DNA from: Chloroflexota bacterium
GTDB lineage: Bacteria; Chloroflexota; UBA11872; VXNJ01
Assembly (NCBI GenBank): GCA_030744875.1
Contig: JASLPR010000047.1
Coordinates: 914 to 64,913 of the forward strand
DNA: 64,000 nucleotides
Direction of reading: 5' to 3'
The notes under the pieces were generated by a model. That model made no database searches, had not been told where the DNA came from, and worked only from the letters and a program-made list of their open reading frames with translations. The position numbers were made by a program, and so were the translations under genes. How positions within the stretch are numbered: position 1 is the first letter of the stretch; each line of letters opens with the position of its first letter. Below are positions 57,221 to 64,000 of this stretch, piece by piece.

Positions 57221-58519
57221 TTGCGTGGCCGCCGCCGTCTCTTCTATGGCTGGTACATGGTCGCCGGGCTCGCCACGGTCAGCCTGGTCTCGGTGAATAT
57301 GGCCGGGATCAGTCTGGGATTTTTCGTCCGGCCGATGCAGGACGAACTCGAGATCAGCGACGCCTACTTCGGCTGGGCCCAATCCGCCCGCCTCATCGGT
57401 TTCGGCGTCAGCAGTTACTTCATCGGCCGCATCCTTGACCGCTACGGCGCCCGTTGGCCCCTGGTCGTCGCCGGCATCCTGGCCGGAGTGCTGGTCGTCC
57501 TGCTTGCGACCATCCAGGCCGGCTGGCAGTTCGTCGTGCTCTTCGTCTTCATCGGGGCGATCGGTATGCAGGGCGGCGGCGGCAATCTTTACGCCAGCGT
57601 CCCGATCGCCCGCTGGTTCCGCCGCAACCGTGGCAAGGCGATGTCGACGGTCTTCCTCGGCATCCCGGCCGGCATCTTCCTCATCCCCATCGTGACCTAT
57701 CTCATCACCAACACCGGCTGGCGCGCCACCTTCGTCGCCACCGGCATCTTCGGCGGGATCGTCGTCGTCCTTGTGGCCGCCTTCGTCATCCGCCGCTCGC
57801 CCGAGGACATGGGCCTCGGTCCCGATGGTGACCCGCTCGACGGCCCGGCCGATGACCGCGCGGACGCCCCCCGCCCGGCGGCCGAGTATTCCTGGACCCG
57901 CCAGCAGGCTCTGCGCTCATCGGCCTTCTGGCGCCTCGTCCTTGTCTACGGCTTCCTCTTCCTGGCCATGAGTACCGTCTCCCTATTCCGCACCCCCTAT
58001 TTCGAGGACCAGGGTGTCAGCCGCCAGATGATCGGCTTCGCCTTCTCGGCCGAAGCCGTCGCCAGCGTCCTCGCCGCCATCCCGGCCGGCTGGGCGCTCG
58101 ATCGCTATCAGATCCGCTACGTTGCCTCGATCCCGCTGCTGGTAATGGTCCTGGCCGTCTTCGCCACCATGGCCGCCTCCAACGCTTGGCAGGTCTTCCT
58201 CGCCACCTGCCTCTTCGGGGTCGGCGCCGCCAGTTCCAGCGTGGCCAACAACGTCATCTGGCCCGACTATTTCGGCAGCCTGCACATCGGCGCCATCCGC
58301 GGCCGCGCGATGCTGGGCGTCTATCTCTTCAGCGCCGCCGGCTCGCCCTTTGCCGGATTCATTAAGGACACCACCGGCTCCTACTTCCCGGCGTGGTGGG
58401 CGGCCATCGCCGGGCTGCTGGTCGCCGTCGTCATCCTCCTCACCAACCCCCGCCCGGCCGCTCCCGAAGCTGATTCAGGAACGGAAGTCGAACCGGTCGA
58501 CGCCGCGGCGTCCGGCTAG
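57221..58519 (+). CDS. MFS transporter (oxalate/formate antiporter-like)
   Basis: RRRLFYGWYMVAGLATVSLV... N-terminus. The start is uncertain (TTG 57221 or 57191). The upstream part of the 519-aa ORF overlaps the divergent permease gene. Confidence 0.7.
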   Translation: MRGRRRLFYGWYMVAGLATVSLVSVNMAGISLGFFVRPMQDELEISDAYFGWAQSARLIGFGVSSYFIGRILDRYGARWPLVVAGILAGVLVVLLATIQAGWQFVVLFVFIGAIGMQGGGGNLYASVPIARWFRRNRGKAMSTVFLGIPAGIFLIPIVTYLITNTGWRATFVATGIFGGIVVVLVAAFVIRRSPEDMGLGPDGDPLDGPADDRADAPRPAAEYSWTRQQALRSSAFWRLVLVYGFLFLAMSTVSLFRTPYFEDQGVSRQMIGFAFSAEAVASVLAAIPAGWALDRYQIRYVASIPLLVMVLAVFATMAASNAWQVFLATCLFGVGAASSSVANNVIWPDYFGSLHIGAIRGRAMLGVYLFSAAGSPFAGFIKDTTGSYFPAWWAAIAGLLVAVVILLTNPRPAAPEADSGTEVEPVDAAASG

Positions 58520-58549
58520 CCGCGCCGGGACCGGGTCACAAGAAGAAAG

Positions 58550-58623
58550 CTGCCGGTGACAGTTAGGGGTACCCGGCTGGCCGCACCCGGACCGGGGCAG
58601 AACAAGAAAGCTGCCGGTGGCAG
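58550..58623 (-). terminator. two tandem hairpin + T-tract elements after the dienelactone hydrolase gene
   Basis: On the minus strand: CTGCCaccGGCAG-CTTTCTTGTT (58611-58623 stem) and CTGTCaccGGCAG-CTTTCTTCTT (58550-62 stem). The shared unit is aagaaagctgccggtgNcag. Confidence 0.45.
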
Positions 58624-59626
58624 CTAGAGGTGCTCGGCGAACCACGCCAGCGTGTCGGCCCAGGCCAGCCCCGCCCCCTCCTCGTTAAAGCGCGGCCCGG
58701 TGTCGTTGTGAAAGGCGTGGTCGGCGCCCTCGTAGATATTCATCCGGTGCGTCACCCCGGCCTCGATCAGCGCCTCTTCAAGGGCCAACTTCCCGGCGTT
58801 CACGCGGCTATCGAATTGGGCATAGACGCCCAGCATCGCGGCTTTGATATTCGGCACCGCGTCCAGTTCCGGAACGATCCCGTAGAACGGCGCCCCCGCC
58901 TTCAATTCCGGCTCCACCGTCGCGAAGCGCTAGGTGATCCCGCCGCCGAAGCAATAGCCGGTCATCCCGATCCGGTCCGCTGCCACGTCGTCGCGGGCCT
59001 GCAAGTAATCGAACGCCGTCGCGAAATCGCCCAGGTGCCGCTCGGCCCCCGCGCCGGTCAACATCCCGGGCACCGCGTCGCGGTCGAACGACGCCGTACC
59101 GCCCTCGCGCCACAGCAGGTCCAGCGCCAGCGTCCACGTAGCCTTCGCCGGCGAAGCGCCGGGTCACATCGCGGATGTGGTCCACCAGGCCGCGGTTCTC
59201 GTGGCAAACGAGCACCGCCGGAAACGGGCCGTCGCCGGCCGGTTTAGCGAAGTACCCGGCGACCTCTTCGTTGCTGTCGGGCAGGACCAATTCTTCGGCT
59301 TCGATGCCGGTTTCGGTCATCGCCGGCTCCGCGGGCTCCGCCCGACTCGCTTCACTTGCAGCCGTGGCAATGGGCGTCGCGGCAGCTGAAGTCTCCACAT
59401 CCGCTGTCGGTGCCACCGTCGCAGCTTCCGTCGCAGGCATCGGCGTATTCGCTTCCGGCAACTCGTCCGGCGCGCAGCCCACCGCTGTCATTGCCACCGC
59501 CGCCGCCATCGAACCTTGGATGAATGCCACTCGCCGGGTAAAGGTCCCCCGGTTGATCAGCCCGTCGCGGTAGTCGTCGTAGAACTCTTCGATCAGGTAA
59601 CGCTCGAACGCCCCCAGCTGCACCAT
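58624..59626 (-). pseudogene. dienelactone hydrolase family protein with a frameshift and an in-frame TAG
   Basis: MVQLGAFERY...VLVCHENRGLVDHIRDVTRRFAGEGYV is in one frame. LALDLLWREGG...GMTGYCFGGGIT-TAG(58930-58932)-RFATVEPELKAGAPFYG...GADHAFHND...AEHL is in another. The switch is at ~59133 (tacgtGGacg). Confidence 0.75.
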
Positions 59627-59716
59627 GCGAATTCTCCTCGGTCGACCCGGCCGGATTCTCTGGTCGCCAAGGCTACGCAATCCCGCCCACCGCCCGGCAA
59701 CCGCGATTCCGCGCCG

Positions 59717-62533
59717 CTACGCCGGCCGACTGCCTCGCAGGGCCGCCACCCCGCCCCCCGCCACCACCACCAGACCGGCCAGGGTCAGCGCCACTCCCGC
59801 CGCCAGCCCCGGCGCGTGATACTCGAAACGCACCTCGTGCTCGCCCGGCGGCAACCGCACCCCCATCACCGCCCCGTCGACCACCAGCAACCCGGCCTTT
59901 GCGCCATCAACTTCCACCTCCCACCCCGGCGCCCAGACCATCGCGAAATCCAGCACCCGGGAGTACTCCGAGGGGTTGTCCACGCTGAACGTCGCGCCCC
60001 CCGGCAACCCTGTCACTACCTGCGCTTCGACACCCTTCCCGTCCGTCCGTGGCAACGATCCGATCCACGCCGTCGCGTCTCCGGCCCCCGCCGCCGCCGT
60101 CACGTCCACCGCCCCGCCCAGCCCCGCCAGCAGCGCCTGCTGCCCGGCGTCCAGCCCATCGGGCGAAACCACCACCGCCACCACCGGTTCCAGCGCCCGC
60201 AGCTCCGCCAGCGAAGGCCGCGGCCCGTCCCCGCCCACCACCACCACCGTCATCGCCAGCGGGTCAAATCCCTGCGCCGTTACCAGCGCCCGCAACTGAC
60301 TCGCCGCCTCCCCCGCGTCCCCCGGCGTGAAAAGCACCACCGCCGCCGGCGCCAGGTATCCCCGGGGCCGCGCCGTGGTCAGTTCGTACATCGCGAACGG
60401 CAGCCCTTCAATCCGCGCGAACTCCGCCCCACCGGCGAACGCGATCTCCGGCGCAATGTGCGGGTACACGTAACGCGCGTTCAAGATCGCCGGCACCGCG
60501 CTCGCCGCCGGGTCCAGCTCCACCGTGAACAGCATGCTGGTGCCCAGGAAGTTGGTGAAATGGCGCAGGTGGCCCGGGTCCCAGCCGCCCACGATCTCCA
60601 GGCCGTCGCGCAGCGCGTCGGCCTCGTTGTAGATGTCGTAGCGCGAAACAAAGAACCGGCCCGGCCGGCCCTCCAGGTCCGCCGCGAAGGCGAACCAATC
60701 GTCCAGACCGGGTGGCAGCAGCCGGCTGCGCGGGTCCTTCGCGTCCACCCGCAACTCGCCATCGCGACTCACCCAGGCCAGCGGCAGTTCCAGCGGCGCC
60801 GGCGTCGCCCGGTCGAAGCCGCGCACTCCATGAGCCTTCATCCCCAGCATCAACATCGCCCCGCCCGGCGGCGGTGGCCCCAGCCCCCCGCCTACCCACG
60901 TCCGCGCCCGCAGATCGACCTTCGTCGCCAGCGGAATCTCCAGCATCTCCTCCGTGCCCAGGTAGCCGATTGTCGCGATTACCCCGCCCGGCTGCCCGGC
61001 GTCGGCCGGCAGCCAGATGGTGTTGCCGTAGTTGCTGATCTCCAGCTCCACCGCGATTCCCTCACCCTGCTCGGTCACGGCCAATTCCAGCACTCCGGCC
61101 ACCAGCTCGCCCGGCGCGTCGGAGGCGTAGACCCGGTATTCATCCAGCTCCACGGTCTCGGTCCAGTCGCCGGCCATCCCGCCCAGGTCAATCGCCACCA
61201 GCCCCACCAGCACCAGCCCCACGGCGGTCAGCGCCCGCCCGCGCGCCAGCGCGGTCATCCCGAAGGCCGCCAGCAGCGTCACCGCCATCCACACCCCGCC
61301 CAGCATCCGCCCCGGGATGCGCACCTGGTCGTAGCCGGGAATCAATTCATAAAGCAGCCGGTACAGGTCCACCCCGGCGTTTGCCCCGTAGCTGAACCAG
61401 GCGAACAGCGCCGCCACGCCCAGCAGAATCCACGTCCTGGGCTCCCATCGCCACAGCACTCCCATCAGCGCCAGCAGCAGCGCGATCGCCCCCACGTAGA
61501 TCGTGAACTCATGCCCCAGCGCCGCCCCATCGCCGGCCTGGTCCAGGTCCGCGCGCGAGCGCGCCAGCAGCACGGTCGCTAGGTCGCCCAATCCGCTCAG
61601 CGCCGAGCGATCGATCGCGAAGCTGTACTCCACCGTATCCCGGCTCGAATAGGGCAGATAGGCCACCATCGGGAGCAGTTTGACCGCCGCCACCGCGTTG
61701 CCCGCCAGCCCCATCGTCCCCAGCAATCCGGCCACCCGGCCCAGCCCCCGCCATCCGTACCCGCCGGTGCGCCAGCGCACCACCGCCAGCAGCAGTCCGA
61801 TCGAACCGACAAGCAGCCACAGGTTCAACGCCACCCAGCCGCCCCCGGCCAGCATCGTCCCGCCCAGCGCCGCCCCGGCTCCCAGCATCGCCGGCAACGA
61901 ATCGCGATCCAGCCCCCGGCGCACCAGCCCCAGCGCCAGCGGATAGTACGGCGCGGCCAGCAGGAAGCTCACGTGTCCGGCCCACAGCCGCCCCAACTGT
62001 GCCCCGCCGGCGGCCACCAGCAGCGCCGCCAGCAACGCGCCCACCCGGTTTGCGCCCCACACCCGGGCCATGAAGTAGCCGGCCGCCGCGCTGGCCAGCA
62101 AACTCAGCAACACTCCGAGCCGCATGGCCACAAGTTCGTTCGGCGCCAGCCAGTCCAGCAGGGCCGTCCAGTGGACCCCGGCCGTCTGCGGACTGGCCTG
62201 GAACGGCATTCCCGACAGGTAGGCGGCGTTCCAGGACGGCAGCTGTCCCCAGCGCCCGATGGCCTCGCCGGTCAGGGCGTGCTCGGCCGAGAAGTTAACT
62301 CCGTCGCGGGCCAGATTCAGCCCGCGATCCAGACTTGCCAGTTCGCGATGGATCAGCAGCGCCAGCCCCACCGCCAGCAGCACCCCGACGGCGTCGCGGG
62401 CTCCGGGGGAGAGCCGCCCGTCCCACCACTCCGCCACCCGCCTGTAAGTAGCTATCAAGCGCGTATCCCGGCTGGTCCGACCCGCGTCATGATAGTTGGC
62501 GCCCCATGCGCGCATCCCCGCGGGCCTCAGCAT
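59717..62533 (-). CDS. very large polytopic membrane protein, YfhO/GT-C-like, with C-terminal extracytoplasmic domains and a terminal TM anchor
   Basis: 938-aa intact ORF with ~14 N-terminal TM segments, a large soluble-like region, and a final hydrophobic helix. The family call is by overall architecture only. Confidence 0.45.
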   Translation of the reverse strand: MLRPAGMRAWGANYHDAGRTSRDTRLIATYRRVAEWWDGRLSPGARDAVGVLLAVGLALLIHRELASLDRGLNLARDGVNFSAEHALTGEAIGRWGQLPSWNAAYLSGMPFQASPQTAGVHWTALLDWLAPNELVAMRLGVLLSLLASAAAGYFMARVWGANRVGALLAALLVAAGGAQLGRLWAGHVSFLLAAPYYPLALGLVRRGLDRDSLPAMLGAGAALGGTMLAGGGWVALNLWLLVGSIGLLLAVVRWRTGGYGWRGLGRVAGLLGTMGLAGNAVAAVKLLPMVAYLPYSSRDTVEYSFAIDRSALSGLGDLATVLLARSRADLDQAGDGAALGHEFTIYVGAIALLLALMGVLWRWEPRTWILLGVAALFAWFSYGANAGVDLYRLLYELIPGYDQVRIPGRMLGGVWMAVTLLAAFGMTALARGRALTAVGLVLVGLVAIDLGGMAGDWTETVELDEYRVYASDAPGELVAGVLELAVTEQGEGIAVELEISNYGNTIWLPADAGQPGGVIATIGYLGTEEMLEIPLATKVDLRARTWVGGGLGPPPPGGAMLMLGMKAHGVRGFDRATPAPLELPLAWVSRDGELRVDAKDPRSRLLPPGLDDWFAFAADLEGRPGRFFVSRYDIYNEADALRDGLEIVGGWDPGHLRHFTNFLGTSMLFTVELDPAASAVPAILNARYVYPHIAPEIAFAGGAEFARIEGLPFAMYELTTARPRGYLAPAAVVLFTPGDAGEAASQLRALVTAQGFDPLAMTVVVVGGDGPRPSLAELRALEPVVAVVVSPDGLDAGQQALLAGLGGAVDVTAAAGAGDATAWIGSLPRTDGKGVEAQVVTGLPGGATFSVDNPSEYSRVLDFAMVWAPGWEVEVDGAKAGLLVVDGAVMGVRLPPGEHEVRFEYHAPGLAAGVALTLAGLVVVAGGGVAALRGSRPA

Positions 62534-62549
62534 CCCGCCCGCGTCTGCC

Positions 62550-63920
62550 TTAGGTGGAGAACTCCTCCGCTACCTCCGTTGCCACCCGCGCCCATTCCCA
62601 CAGCCGCTGCGGATCGCGCCGCACGGTGCTGATGTCCTTCAGCGGAATCTCCACCGCGCAGCCCTCCAGGATGCGCAGATTCGCGCGCAGCTCCTCGCGA
62701 AAAGCCTCCGCGTCCCAGCCCTCGCCTGCCATCCAGGACGGATTCGGCTTCATCGAATACACGTAGCGCTCGCCCATTAACTCCCGCGCCACCTCTAGGT
62801 CCGCCCAGGGGCTCATCGATATCTTGCCCAGATTCGGGATCTTCTCCAGGACCTCGATCTTGTCGTGCAGCGGCTCGCAGCAGCCGTAGTAGTTGCGGCC
62901 GAATCGCTCCAGCCAGCGAATCTCGTACTGCAGCGCGAATTCGTAGTGCATCGCCGGCGACACCGACCCGAACAGCTGCGCCGTCGAAAAGCCCCACATC
63001 TCCCGCAGCGGCACCCCGACGTTCGCCGCCTTCGGCTCCGGCAATTGCGTTGTGTGCCCGTAGGCCCCCGAGCCCACCCGGATGTTGGTGTTGTTCGACG
63101 CCAGCAGGCCCAGTTCCTCCGCCTGGTCCAGGCGGTAGAGGTAGGCGTCCAGCAACTTCTCCATCAGCGCGTGCACGTATTCCGGCCTTAGTGCCAAGTC
63201 CAGCAGCACCTCCTGGATGCCCGTCCAGCGCACCAATTCGTCCCACGGCGAAAAGCCCAGCCCCGGCAGCCCGCGCCGGATCACCGGGATCACGCCGTCG
63301 AAGATCTCGCTCATCACCGCGAAGCAGCGCTCGGTGCGCTCCTCGTCCAGCGCCAGTTCCGGCCGTTGGATCAGATGCAGGTCGTCCGGGCCGCTGATGA
63401 CGGGGTGGAAATGCCGCGACACGATCACGTTGTCACGGTCGGTGATCGCCAGGTCGGTGTCGCCGGCCAGGCCCATGCCTGAGTCGGTGAAGGAGATCGG
63501 GCAATACATCTCCGGCTCCACGATCAGGTCGCAGGGCGTGTGCTCCCACTGGTAGATGGTTTGGCGTAGTTCCATTTCCAGGTCCCGCGCGAATTCCGAC
63601 TCCGTCCGCAGCGTCAGCCCGCCGTCAGCGTTCAGTTCATGCCAGGGATGCTCGGTGATCCACACCATCGGCTTCACCGGGTCGAGGTCGTTCATCCGCC
63701 GCCACTGCTCGGAGCGTTCCGCGTGTACAGCCAGCGCCGCGATCTCCGCTTTGCGTGCTCCCAGTTGGCGCAGGATCTCACGGTCGCCCGGCGTCACCTG
63801 GTCCGGGTCGCCAAAGATGCGCCAGCGCCCATGCGAACCCAGCTTGCCGGTTCCGAGCAGCTGGCCGCCGTAGCTGCCGCCGTCGGGAATGTGATACCGC
63901 GTCGCCACGTCCCGGGCCAT
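62550..63920 (-). CDS. uroporphyrinogen-decarboxylase (URO-D)-like TIM-barrel family protein, function unknown
   Basis: C-terminal block NYYGCCEPLHDKIEVLEKIPNLGKISMSPWADLEVARELMGERYVYSMKPNP resembles URO-D/MtaA-like proteins. It lies 16 nt upstream of the YfhO-like gene. Confidence 0.4.
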   Translation of the reverse strand: MARDVATRYHIPDGGSYGGQLLGTGKLGSHGRWRIFGDPDQVTPGDREILRQLGARKAEIAALAVHAERSEQWRRMNDLDPVKPMVWITEHPWHELNADGGLTLRTESEFARDLEMELRQTIYQWEHTPCDLIVEPEMYCPISFTDSGMGLAGDTDLAITDRDNVIVSRHFHPVISGPDDLHLIQRPELALDEERTERCFAVMSEIFDGVIPVIRRGLPGLGFSPWDELVRWTGIQEVLLDLALRPEYVHALMEKLLDAYLYRLDQAEELGLLASNNTNIRVGSGAYGHTTQLPEPKAANVGVPLREMWGFSTAQLFGSVSPAMHYEFALQYEIRWLERFGRNYYGCCEPLHDKIEVLEKIPNLGKISMSPWADLEVARELMGERYVYSMKPNPSWMAGEGWDAEAFREELRANLRILEGCAVEIPLKDISTVRRDPQRLWEWARVATEVAEEFST

Positions 63921-64000
63921 CGTCCAATCCTTCCTCCCACCGCCGCTTCAGTCGCTCCGTGGCGCCCCTACCGACGGCTCCAAGCTTTCCCCGCGAATAA

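Overview
A visibly GC-rich bacterial chromosomal segment; third codon positions are almost always G/C, and GTG/TTG starts and 1-4 nt start/stop overlaps are common. Taxon cannot be fixed from the sequence alone. The housekeeping backbone is rplU-rpmA-tRNA-Ala-leuS, proS-thrC, a group-1-like sigma factor, nrtR-nadA, a wHTH regulator-cysteine desulfurase-IscA-moaA-MBL operon, and cysE. Accessory genes are interleaved with it: GH29 fucosidase, arylsulfatase, a sugar ABC importer, two ABC-2 exporters, MFS transporters, two GlcD-like FAD oxidases, and giant GT-C/YfhO-like membrane proteins. I found no transposase, integrase, CRISPR array, recognisable defence system or secondary-metabolite cluster. 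I cannot point to a clearly novel multi-gene system. The most unusual signal is gene decay. About ten of roughly 58 genes carry inactivating lesions, often several in one gene, while all translation, transcription and cofactor genes are intact. The lesions are in-frame TAA/TAG/TGA at positions where homologues appear to have Gln or Trp, 1-bp frameshifts, a 5' truncation, an in-frame gene-gene fusion, and an internally deleted tandem paralogue. Secondary points of interest: a 21-bp TTAAAGT-N7-ACTTTAA palindrome upstream of nadA, next to an NrtR-type regulator; ribosomal protein L21 with a ~135-aa histone-H1-like AKP repeat tail; a stand-alone Pro/Thr repeat ORF with perfect tandem DNA repeats; a ~420-bp leader upstream of cysE with a consensus -35 box and a perfect 9-bp hairpin; an unplaced Cys/His protein next to a MocA-like gene; and a 36-bp near-perfect palindrome. 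Many long ORFs in the six-frame track are antisense or off-frame artefacts of high GC and are not reported as genes. Coordinates include the stop codon.
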